This document shows, one piece after another, positions 41,613 to 51,602 of a stretch of 64,000 nucleotides of DNA; the first letter of the stretch is position 1, and the number at the start of each line of letters is the position of its first letter. Both the position numbers and the translations under genes were made by a program. The stretch is from an uncultured Chloroflexia bacterium (GTDB lineage: Bacteria > Chloroflexota > Limnocylindria > Limnocylindrales > CSP1-4). Location of the stretch: assembly GCA_963827965.1 (NCBI GenBank), contig CAWHCW010000007.1, positions 43,937-107,936 on the forward strand, in the 5' to 3' direction. Below the pieces are notes generated by a model, which was not told the origin of the DNA, ran no database searches, and saw only the letters and a list, made by a program, of their open reading frames with translations.

Positions 41613-43017
41613 GACCGGAGTATAGCCCAGGGCACGCCGCCGGATCCCGGTGGCGCCCTCGTCGACGCGGCTGCCCCTCACGCGCGGACGGCGCTCGCCG
41701 TCGGCCTGGGTCTCGTGCTTGCCTGCCTCGTGCTCTACCAGCTGACGCGCCCCGCGGAGCAGGTCATCTACAACCACTTCGCCTGGCAGGCGCAGGCCTG
41801 GCTGGAGGGCCGGCTCGCGATCGAGTACCCCGTTGCCGCCTCGGTGACCGGACCGGGCAACGACTACTTCAACGACGTGATCCCCGTCGTCGACGCCGCC
41901 GGCCTCCCGACCGGCCGGGGCATGATCCCCTTCCCGCCGCTGCCTGCCGTCGTCCTCCTGCCCTTCGTGGCGGTTCTCGGCCTGGCCGTCGACCAGGGCC
42001 TGCTCGCGGTGGTCATCGGCGCGCTCGACGTCGCGGTCGCCCTGTGGGTCCTGGGGCGGCTCGGCGTGCGGCCGGCCCTCCGCGTCCTGCTGACCCTCTT
42101 CGTGGGCGCCGGGGCGGCCCTCTGGTATGCCGCGTCGCTCGGGTCGACCTGGTACTTCGCCCACGTGGTGGCGGTCGGCCTGACGCTCGGCGCCGTCGGC
42201 CTCGCCCTGGACGGTGCGAAGCCGCGTGCGGGGCGCGATCCGGCGGGGCGACAGCCGCTCCTCGACGGCCGCCAGGTGGCCGCCGGCTTCCTGCTCGGGC
42301 TCGCCGCGACGGCCCGCCTGACGGTCGCCTTCGGGTTCCCGTTCCTCCTCCTGGTCGGGAGTGGCGGATGGCGGCGGCGCGGGGGGTCCGCTGCGATCGG
42401 CATGGCGACTCCCGATCATCGGACTCCTTGCCTACAACCTGGTCGCCACGGGCTCCCTGTTCAGCCCGGTCTACGAGGCCCTCTATCGCTACGAGGTGCT
42501 CGCGTACCCGGAGCTTGACTACAACGCCGCGTGGTCCCTCCAGGACGTCCGCTACATCCCCCAGAATCTCGGACTCATGCTCTTCGGCCTGCCGACCCTC
42601 ATGCCGCACTGTGATCCGGGTGCTGTCCGCCTGGCCTGGAGCGCGACCGGCTGCTCGTGGGTGATTCCCGAGCAGACCGGGATGAGCGTGCTCCTCGCGA
42701 GCCCGGCCTGGCTGCTGGCCATGCCGTCGTTCGCGTTGCTGCGCGACCGTCGGGTCGGGGGTGCCCTCCTGGCCACGCTGGCGATCGCGGTCGTCAACCT
42801 GGCGCATTTCAGCCAGGGCTGGGTCCAGTTCGGCTATCGCTTCAGCCTGGACTTCGCCCCGTTCCTCCTCGTCGCGGTGGCCCTCGGCGCGGAGCGCTTC
42901 CTGGGCTCGCGCGGCGCGTCCCGGCGCGGCCGGATCGCGGTCGTGGTCAGCCTGGTGGTCCTCTCCGTCGCCATCCAGGCGTGGGGGATCGCCTGGGCCC
43001 GGACGCTCGGCTGGTGA
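41613..43017 (+). CDS. GT-C fold membrane glycosyltransferase (PMT_2/ArnT-like), frameshift near 42400
   Basis: YNHFAWQAQAWLEGRLAIEYPV...NDYFNDVIPV...MIPFPPLPAVVLLPFVAV..., then ...LLAYNLVATGSLFSPVYEALYRYEVLAYPELDYN...FSLDFAPFLLVAVALG. Confidence 0.45.
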
Positions 43018-44727
43018 GCGCGGCCGAGGCGCTCCGGCGTCCGTGGTCGGCGGTGGCGGCGCCAGTCGCTCGTCGGCGCGGTGGCCTTCGTCCTGGCCCG
43101 CGGCGTGGCTCCTCCCCGGCCAGGGCTTCTGGGACACCGGCGAGTTCCAGGCCGTGCCGCCGGTCTTCGGGACGGCCCATCCCACCGGCTATCCCAGCTA
43201 CGTGCTCCTGGGCTGGCTCGCGTCGCTCGTCCTGGTCCCGGCCGGCGAGGCCGCCCTGCGGATGAACCTCCTGTCGGCGCTTCTCCTGGCGACGGCGGCG
43301 GGCCTCGTGGTCGTCGTCGTCCGGCAGCTGACCGGTCGCTCGATCGTGGGTCTCGGCGCGGGCCTCCTCCTGGCGCTCACGCCGATCCCGTGGCGGATGG
43401 GCGGCTTCGCCGACCCCCACACCCTCCACCTCGCGCTCGTCGCGGTCCTGCTCGTCCTCCTGGTGGGCTGGGAGCGGCGGCGACGCGGGAGGTCGCCCCG
43501 GGCGGACCGCTGGCTCGTGGCCTCCGCCGCCCTCTACGGCGTGATGCTGGGCAATCACACGCTGGCGATCCTGCTGGCCCCCGGGATCGCCTTCTTCGTG
43601 GTCGCCGTGGAGCCGCGGATCCTGCTCCGCCCGGGGTTCATGGCCCTCTGCGCGGGAGCGCTCTTCGGCACGACCGCCGCCCTCTACCTGCAGCTGCCGA
43701 TCCGCGCCGCGATGGGGGCCCCGCTCGTCTACGGGCGCCCGGACACCTGGGACGGCTTCTGGTACGTCGTCTTCGCCGAGCAGTTCCGCGGCGACCTCGT
43801 GGACCCGTTCGGCGATCTGGGGCGGAAGGCGGGCGACCTGGTGAAGATGGCCGGGGACCAGCTCGGGGTCCTGGCCGCGGCCGTCCCGGCGGCGTTCCTG
43901 CTGACGGCGGTGCGGCGCCCCCGGTTCGCCCTCCTCACCGCGACCTGGCTCGGCGTCACCTGCTGGTTCGCGGCGTCCTACACGAACGCTGCCATCGACC
44001 GCTACTACCTGGGTCCGGCGCTCATCGTGGTCGCCTGGCTCGGCGTCGCGGCCGGCATCCTCGTGGATGCCCTCGCGCCCGCCGTCGGATCCGCGGGCGA
44101 CCGGGGGGACGACGCCGTCCCGGTGGACGGACGCTCTTCTTGCGGACCGGGTCCCGGGGGCGGCCAGCGACCCCCCGGTGGGCGGCGCCCACCTTGCGGA
44201 CGGGGTCCCGGAGGCGGGCAGCGGGGCGCGCCTGGTGGCGACCGCCCTCGCGGTGGCGCTGGCCGCGGCGATGGTGCTCCCGGCGGCCCTCGCCGCGCCG
44301 GTGACCGCCTCCCGCATCGACATGTCGCGCGACACGCGGGCGGCCGACTGGAGCCGCTGGGCGCTCCAGGTCATGGACGCCGACGCGGTCGTGGTCTCCT
44401 GGTGGAGCTTCTCCACGCCCCTCTGGTACCGGACCATCATCCTCGGCGAGCGGCCCGACGTCCGCGTCGTCGACGACCGCGATCGCCTCGACGAGGGCCT
44501 TGGAAGCGTCGACGACGTGATCCGGGCCAACCTCGAGGCGCGGCCGGTCTACCTCGTGCGCAACCCCGCCGAGATCGGGACCCTCGAGGCGACCTGGGTC
44601 CTGGAGACGCTCTCCGACCCGACCGACCTCCAGCCGCTCTACCGGGTCGTCGGTCGCCAACCGGCGGCGGGGCGGGCGCCGACCGTCAGCCACCGTTCAG
44701 GTCGGGCCCGCTACGATGCAGCCATGA
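43013..44727 (+). CDS. DUF2723 (GT117/TMEM260-like) membrane protein, about 3 frameshifts
   Basis: LLPGQGFWDTGEFQAVPPVFGTAHPTGYPSYVLLGWLASL... followed by many TM helices. The GTGA overlap with the upstream gene and the ATGA overlap with the downstream GT2 imply translational coupling. Confidence 0.55.
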
Positions 44728-45506
44728 GCCTCGACACCCCGGCGCGCGTCCCCGCCCTCTCCTACTTCTTCCCGGCCCACAACGAGGAGGCGAACCTCGA
44801 GGCGCTCGTGCTGGAGGCGCTCGACGCCCTGCCGGCGCTGGCGGACCGCTTCGAGATCATCGCCGTCGACGACGGCTCGAAGGACGCCACCGCCGCGATC
44901 GCCGACCGCCTGGCGGCGGCGCACCCGGACGTCGTCCGCGCCGTCCACCACCCCACCAACCTCGGCTACGGCGCCGCGCTCCGCTCGGGCTTCCGGGCGG
45001 CCCGCTACGACCTCGTCTGCTTCACCGACGGCGACCGCCAGTTCCGGGTCGCCGACCTCGGCCGGCTCACCGGCCGGCTCGGGGAGGCCGACGCCCCCGA
45101 CGTCGTCGTCGGCTACCGGATCAAGCGGGCCGACCCGCCGATCCGGACGATCTACGCCCGCCTGTACAAGCTGGCGAACCGGGTCTGGTTCGGCCTCCGG
45201 GTGGGCGACGTCGACTGCGCCTGCAAGCTCTTCCGGCGGGCGGCCCTCGAGGGGGTGCGGGTGGAGTCCGGCGGCGCCTTCTTCTCGGCCGAGCTGCTCA
45301 TCAAGCTGCGCGCCGCCGGACGGTCCCTCGTCGAGGTCGGCGTGCCGCACTACCCGCGGACGGCGGGCTCTCCGACCGGCGCCCGCCCGTCGGTCATCTG
45401 GCGCGCGGTGAAGGACTTCTGGGGCCTGCGCCTCCGCCTGTGGGCGAACCGGGCCCGCGCGCTGCGCCGGGGCGAGGCGATCGCGGGGGCCGCGCCCGGG
45501 GCCTGA
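44724..45506 (+). CDS. GT2 polyprenol-phosphate mannosyltransferase (Ppm1/Dpm1-like)
   Basis: LSYFFPAHNEEANLEALV...FEIIAVDDGSKDATAAIADRLAAAHPDVVRAVHHPTNLGYGAALRSGF...FTDGDRQF. Confidence 0.75.
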   Translation: MSLDTPARVPALSYFFPAHNEEANLEALVLEALDALPALADRFEIIAVDDGSKDATAAIADRLAAAHPDVVRAVHHPTNLGYGAALRSGFRAARYDLVCFTDGDRQFRVADLGRLTGRLGEADAPDVVVGYRIKRADPPIRTIYARLYKLANRVWFGLRVGDVDCACKLFRRAALEGVRVESGGAFFSAELLIKLRAAGRSLVEVGVPHYPRTAGSPTGARPSVIWRAVKDFWGLRLRLWANRARALRRGEAIAGAAPGA

Positions 45507-45517
45507 CGCCCGGCCGC

Positions 45518-46048
45518 CTACTCGCGCGGCGGCCCCTCCCGGGGCCTGTCGGTGCCCGGCTCGACGTCGAGCGAGTTCACGAAATCGCGGAAGATCGAGA
45601 GGCGCTCCTCGTCCACGGGCTCGTCGTCGTCCGCCCGGTCGCTCTCCACGCCGGCGCGGTCGAGGACCTCCTCCGCCGCGTAGATGCGCGCGCCCGTTCG
45701 CACGGCGAGGGCCAGGGCGTCGGACGGCCGGGCATCGATCTCGAGGACCCGGCCCGCGACCTCCAGCATGATCCGGGCGTGGAAGGTCTCATCGGCGAGG
45801 TCGGCGATGACGACCTCGCCGATCGTGGCCCCCAGCTCCGCCAGGACGCCGGCGAACAGGTCGTGGGTGAGTGGCCGCTCCGGGGAGAGCCCCTGGAGCT
45901 TCATCGCGATCGCGTTCGCCTCCCACGGCCCGATCCAGATCGGCAGGAAGCGGTGGCGTTCCAGGTCCTTGAGGATCACGACGTGCTGGGTCGAGAGCAT
46001 GTGCACCCGCACGCTCTCGACCGTCATCTCGACCAGGCGTCCGCCCAT
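45518..46048 (-). CDS. bifunctional nuclease (BFN/DUF151) domain protein
   Basis: MTVESVRVHMLSTQHVVILKDLERHRFLPIWIGPWEANAIAM...RPLTHDLFAGVLAELG...ARPSDALALAVRTGARIYAAEEVL. Confidence 0.65.
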   Translation of the reverse strand: MGGRLVEMTVESVRVHMLSTQHVVILKDLERHRFLPIWIGPWEANAIAMKLQGLSPERPLTHDLFAGVLAELGATIGEVVIADLADETFHARIMLEVAGRVLEIDARPSDALALAVRTGARIYAAEEVLDRAGVESDRADDDEPVDEERLSIFRDFVNSLDVEPGTDRPREGPPRE

Positions 46049-46155
46049 GGGACGATTATCCCATGCTCGATCGAACGGGGGTCCGCGCGGCGGCGGTCGG
46101 CGCGGACGGGAGCCGGAGCGTGCCGACGGGAGCCGGGCGTGCCGGCGCCGGTCGG

Positions 46156-48440
46156 CTAGGGCTTGACGGTCGGCTTGGGCTTGGCCGTCGGCTTGGCCGA
46201 GCCCGACGGGGACGCCGCCGGGCTGCCGGAAGGCGCCGGGGTGCGGGCAGCGTGGAGATGTCCTGCAGCTCCGCCATGCCGACCCGCTGCGCGTCGATCC
46301 AGTAGACGACCGGCGCCTGCCCGTTCGCCCGGTTCACGACGAAGAGGCCCCGGACGTCGGCCCAGTCGGGGCCGCCCGCGGCGATGCGGAACTGGGCCTG
46401 GTACTTCCCGCTCGCCTTGTCGAAGGCCACGATCCGATCGCTGCCGGAATCGTACCCGTACAGCGTTCCCTCGCCGCGCGTCCCCGGGCGACGCGATGAG
46501 CCGGTAGGTCGGCAGGGGCCGCAGGAGCACGTCCGGCGGCTCGTCCGGGCCCCAGGTGCCGCCCCGCCCCGAGACGAACCGCTCGACGATCCCGCCGTCC
46601 GCAAGGTAGACCTCGCCGTCGATGTACATCGAGGTGACGCGCGACACGTCCTGCGGCGACGTCAGGTACCCGGACCCGACTCCCGGGTAGCCGCTGCCGT
46701 CCTGGGCCGGCGTGTAGCGCAGGATCTGCTGCTCGGACGGGTCCAGGACGTAGAGGTTGTAGAGGCCGTCCTCGGCATTGCGGACGTAGGTGCCGAACCC
46801 GAGGATGTCCGCGCCCCACGTGGCTGACTCGGCGATCCGGATGCGGGCCGGCGTCCCCTTGCCCTTGGCGTCGGCCGGCCGCCAGCGCCACAGGACGTTC
46901 TTGGCGTCGAGGACCACCACGTCCGGGCCGCCCGCCGCGAGGAGCTTCGGGTCGCCGACCTTGATCCCCGAGACGCTGGCCCCGGAGCGCAGGACAGCGG
47001 TGGCCTTCTTGGCCCGCAGGTCGACCCGGTAGACCGTCTTCGTGGTCCGGTCGAGGACGTAGGGGACGCCGTCCGGCCCCAGCACGATGGCCGACGAGGT
47101 CGAAGGGCTTCTCCTGGCCCTCGAACGAGAACGCCGTCCGGGGGGCCACGTCGACGACGCTGTAGAGGTCGTCGAGACCGCCGACCACCTCCGCGCGGAG
47201 AGGCCGCAGCGTGCCGGCGGGGACGCCGTTGGCGGCGGCCTGGTCGAGCTCGGCGTAGGCGTCCTTGAGGAGCTCCTCGGCCTTCCTGGGGTCGTCGACC
47301 ACCAGGTTGGCCCCGTTGTGGAAGACGAGCCGGAGGTCCTCCTTGATGGCCGCGAGGGCCTTCTCGCCCGCGGTCACCTCCTCGATCGCGCCGCTGCCGG
47401 ATCCCCCGACCACCCACAGCCCCACGCCAAGCGTCGCCGCGATCACGACGAAGGCGAGGACGGCGACGGCCGCCCGGCGCTGCGATTCCCGGCGGGTCGC
47501 GGCCGGGGTCACCCGGCGGTAGCGGGGCCCGCGGCGCGGCAGGAGCTCCTGGAGGCGGGCGATGGCGCGGCCGACCGCGCTGCCGGCGGCCGATCGCGCC
47601 CGGCTGGCGCCGGAGCTGACGGCCGCCACGCCGCCGGCGACCGAGTCGGCGAGCGGGATCGGCGAGCGATCCGGGGTGCCGGCCAGCGGCTCGGGCGGGC
47701 GGACGGGCACGAGGCGGCCACGCTGGCTGGTCGACGAGATCTCCACCGCCTCGATGGCGATCGCGCCGTCGCTGCCCGCGCCGCCGGCGGCCGTGAAGCG
47801 CCCGTGGACCCGCTCCATCGCCGCCTGCGGGTGCATGCGTGTTGATGGCGTCCTTCAGCTCGTCGGTCCCGAGCGCGGCCGTGATGTTCCGGGAGACGAG
47901 GACCAGCGTGTCGCCCGGCGCCACCTCGCCGCGCCAGATGTGCGGCGCGAGGTCGTCGGCGGGCAGGTCGATGGCGGCGTTGGGTTCGGGCAGCGTCAGC
48001 AGGTGCGCCTGGTGGACCAGGTAGGCCTCCACCGGTCCCGCCGTGGTGACGTAGAGCTCGCTCCCCCGCACGACCGCGACGCCGAGCCCGACGGAGCCGC
48101 CCCCGTCGCTCCCGAGGCCCAGCCGGTCGCGATTCGCGGCCAGCTTCCGGTTGGCGGCCCGGATCGACTTCTCCAGGCAGGCGACGAGGCCGGCCGACTC
48201 GTCGTAGTAGTACTCGCCCTGCACCGTGTCCGCGACCAGCCGGGTGGCCTCCTGCAGCCGCCGCGCCCGGCCCACGCCGGAGACGACGACGAAGAGGCTT
48301 CCCTTGGATCGCGACGTCGCCCCGATCGTCGGCTCGACGACCACGACGGTGTCCGGGGAGTCCTCCAGGCGCTCGGCCTCGGCGACCACGCCGAGCTTCA
48401 TCTGCAATCGGACGGCCATCGGCTCACACGACGTTGGAGA
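46156..48440 (-). CDS. large hypothetical membrane protein: cytoplasmic N-domain, one TM helix, C-terminal beta-propeller-like repeats; at least 4 frameshifts
   Basis: N-domain (..LFVVVSGVGRARRLQEATRLV..), TM (AAVAVLAFVVIAATLGVGLWVV), then repeats (VYRVDLRAKKATAV..., LYNLYVLDPSEQQILRY..., IVAFDKASGKYQAQFRI...). The pieces lie in three frames and end KPTAKPKPTVKP. Confidence 0.35.
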
Positions 48441-48498
48441 GGTGGCCGGCGTGACGCCGGCCACCCGGGCCGGGCGGTGCGCGGGCGGCTCGCCGAGC

Positions 48499-48864
48499 CT
48501 AGGGCGAGCGGATCATACCCCGGCCCACCACCACCCGCAGCCGGTCCGCCGGGATGCCGCCGGGTCGCCCGCCGAACGCCTCGAGCAGCTCCTCGGCGCG
48601 AATCCGCAGCTCCTGTCCGATGGCCGGCGCCACGACCTCCACGACGAGGGTCCCCGTCCCCTCCACCCGGACCGGCCGCGATCCGCCGGCGGCGCCGGGC
48701 ACCCGCTCGACGACCACGGCCTCCCAGGCGGCTCCCGCCAGCGCCCAGCGCAGCTGCTCGACGAGCCCGAGCTCGCGGGCGGCGTCCGGGAGGAGGTCGC
48801 CGACGCGGCGGACGGGACGGCGGGATGGCAGGCGGGGGTCGTCGAAGGAGCGCGCCGGGCTCAC
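48499..48864 (-). CDS. DUF721 (DciA-like; Rv0004 homolog) protein
   Basis: LLPDAARELGLVEQLRWALAGAAWEAVVVERVPGAAGG...GTLVVEVVAPAIGQELRIRAEEL. It follows recF with a GTGA overlap, as in the actinobacterial dnaA-dnaN-recF-DUF721 cluster. Confidence 0.65.
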   Translation of the reverse strand: MSPARSFDDPRLPSRRPVRRVGDLLPDAARELGLVEQLRWALAGAAWEAVVVERVPGAAGGSRPVRVEGTGTLVVEVVAPAIGQELRIRAEELLEAFGGRPGGIPADRLRVVVGRGMIRSP

Positions 48865-50040
48865 GCCGACGCCTCGACCAGGCGGGCGCCGCTGCCCGCA
48901 ACGCCCGGTCCCGGCGGCTCCCCGCCGTCCACGCGCCACGCCGTCCCGGCGGCGCGGAGCGCGGGGTCCAGGTCGTCGAGCGTCGTCGTCGTCACGAACG
49001 CCTGGGGGAGAGTCGGCAATCCGGCGGACGAGGTGGGCCCGGCGTGCCGGGATCGAGCTCCGAGAAGACGTCGTCCAGGAGGAGGAGCGGGGGCCTGCCG
49101 TCGCTCGCCGTCAGGAGGTCCAGCTCGGCGAGCTTGAGGGCAAGGATCGCCGTCCGCTGCTGGCCGCGCGAGGCGAAGGAGGAGAGGTCGCGGCCGTCGA
49201 GCGCGAAGGCGATGTCGTCGCGGTGCGGACCGACGAGGGTCGAGCCGTTCCAGACCTCCTTCTCGGCCGTCTCGCGCAGGCGCCGGGCGAGCGCCGCCGC
49301 CGGCCGTCTCGCCGCCGCCGGCCGGGGCGTTCGTCACGTACGCCAGCCGCAAGGCGCCTTCCTCCGGGGCGATCTCGGCGTGCGCCGCCGCCAGCGGCGC
49401 CGCCAGCTCGGCGAGGAGGAGGTGGCGCGCCTCCAGCACGGCGGCCCCGGCCTCGACGAGCTTCGCGTCCCAGAAGGGGAGCTGGTCGCGGGACGCCTGC
49501 TCCTCGCGGATCGCCCGCAGCAGGTGGTTGCGCTGGGCCAGGGCCCGCCCGTAGGTCGAGAGGTCGGCCGCGTAGGCCGGGAAGCGCTGCGTGGCCAGGG
49601 CGTCGAGGGTCGTCCGGCGGAGACTCGGGGGCCCCGACGACCAGGAGCATCTCCTCGGGCGCGAAGACGACCGTCCGCAGGACCGCGGCGAGGGCCGCCG
49701 CTCCGGCGCGCCACTCCGTTGACGCGAATCCGCTTCCGGCCCGCCGGAGGGGCCCTCACGGACCAGCGTCACGTCCACCTCGGCCGGCCCGCCGTCGCCG
49801 CCCCGCCGGCCGTCGACGCGGGCGAAGGGCGCGGCCCAGCGGATCATCTCGACGTCGGCCCCGGTGCGGTGCGAGGAGCCGCGGGCCAGGAGGACGATCG
49901 CCTCCAGGAGGCTCGTCTTGCCCGCGGCGTTCGGGCCCCAGACCAGGTGCGGACCGGGCCCGAACGAGGCCTCGAGCGCGTCGTAGGCGCGGAACCCGGC
50001 GAGGCGAAGGGAGGTCAGCAGGGTCGTGCCGGGCGCGGAG
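48861..50040 (-). CDS. recF: DNA replication and repair protein RecF (multiple frameshifts; start unresolved)
   Basis: TLLTSLRLAGFRAY...WGPNAAGKTSLLEAIVLLARGSS (Walker A), then ..KRIRVNGVARRS.. and ..EMLLVVGAPES.. in other frames, then ..LDALATQRFPAYAADL...QAFVTTTTLDDLD. Confidence 0.8.
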
Positions 50041-50059
50041 CCCGGCCTCCCGGGTCTGC

Positions 50060-51177
50060 CTAGGAGGTCGTCCGGACCGGCATCACGACGTGCGTGTAGT
50101 CACGTCCGTCGGCCGGCCGGAAGACGCCCGGCGAGAGGGGGCCGTTCAGCTCGATCGACGAAGCGGTCGGCGTCGACGTTCTGGAGGACGTCGCCCAGGT
50201 AGCGGGCGTTGAAGGCGATCGTCGTTCCGTCGCCCTCGATCACGGCGTCCACGACGCCCTGGTGATCACCGACGTCGGCGGCCGCCCCGACGGTCACCTG
50301 CGGCGCCCCGTCGGGCGCGACCTGCAGCTTCACGATGTTGGCCGAGGCGCTGGCGATGTAGGCGGCGAGGCGAACGGCCTTGAGCAGGTCGTCGCGGTCC
50401 AGCTCGACGCGAGTCGTGTGGGTCGCCGGGCAGGACCTGCTGGTAGTTCGGGAACTGGCCGTCGATGAGGCGGCTGACCAGGTCGACGCCGTCGACGTGG
50501 AAGAGGACCTGGTTCTTCTGGGCCGAGAGGATGATCTCGACCGGGTCGTCGGTGTCGGAGAGCACCCGCGCCAGCTCGGTGTACGAGCGGGCCGGCACGA
50601 CGACGCTCGTCTCCTCGACGGCATCGAGCCCCGGGATCGTGGTGATCGCGATGCGGTAGTTGTCGGCGGCAGCGAGCGTGATCCGGTCGCCCTCGAAGCG
50701 GGTCAGGACGCCGGTCAGGATCGGCCGGGCCTCGTCGCTCGCGGCCGCGAAGACGATCTCGGCCAGGGCGCGCCGCAGGACCTTCTGGCTCACGCGGGTC
50801 GTGGGCCGCTCGCCGGCCGCCGGGATCGCCGGGAACTCGTCGGCGTCGATCCCGCGGAGGTGCGTCTCGAAGCGGCCGCAGCGGAGGTGGAGCCGATCGC
50901 CGTCGCGAACCTCGAGGTCGATCCGCTCGTTCGGCAGCGAGTTGACGACGTCGGTCAGGAGCCGGGCCGGCACGGTGATCGCGCCGTCGGTCTCGATCTT
51001 GCCCGGGACCCAGTACGTGATCCCGATCTCGAGGTTCGTGGCGGTGAGCTTGAGCCCGGCGTCCTCGGTCCGGAGGAGGACGTTGGCGAGCACCGGCAGC
51101 GTGCTCCGGCTCGACACCGCGTGGCTGACGACCGACAGGCCGCGGGCGAGGTTCTCCTGGATGACCGACAGGTTCAC
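50060..51177 (-). CDS. dnaN: DNA polymerase III beta sliding clamp (2 frameshifts)
   Basis: MNLSVIQENLARGLSVVSHAVSSRSTLPVLANVLL...; the C-terminal VMPVRT stop is in a different frame. Confidence 0.9.
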
Positions 51178-51602
51178 GGACGTGTCACTCCGGGTGAGCG
51201 GGCGGGACGGTCCGGTGGGCTGATGTCGAGGCGAGTCCCACCGGTGGATTCGTGGTGGGTCTCATCTTCGCATGAACGTCATCACCGTATTCATCATGGT
51301 GTGGATGTCGTGGACGGGCGAGCGCGGTCGTGCGCACCGCGGCCGTGGAGCACCACCGGCCGGGACGTGGACAGCTCGGCGCGCGCCGGGGGCCGCGCGA
51401 GGGGACGAGGGGTGGACAGGCCGGCGCCGGCCGGCGCGAAAGCCCGCGGCGACCGACGCCCGGAGGCCGAGCTGTCGACACCGCACGCCCCGGTCCGCCG
51501 ACGCCCTGCCCACGCGACGGGTGCGGCCATCCACGGTCCAGCGGCGGAGATCCACGAGGGACGGCGCGACGACCGCCGGGAGACGGGGCGCGTCCCGGGC
51601 GC
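51178..51602. other. candidate oriC: dnaA-dnaN spacer with at least 6 DnaA-box-like 9-mers and an AT-richer stretch
   Basis: Boxes with an (A/G)TCCAC core on both strands: TGTGGATGT (about 51300), CGTGGACGG (51309), CGTGGACAG (51366), GGTGGACAG (51411), CCATCCACG (51526), AGATCCACG (51548). The stretch 51262-51300 (tcatcttcgcatgaacgtcatcaccgtattcatcatgg) is about 45% GC against a 72% background. Confidence 0.55.

Noticed and set aside
47562-50063. 833 aa and 552 aa plus-strand ORFs over the recF/DUF721/large-protein region
   Set aside because: Arg/Pro/Gly-rich junk translations antisense to recognisable recF, DUF721 and propeller-protein segments.
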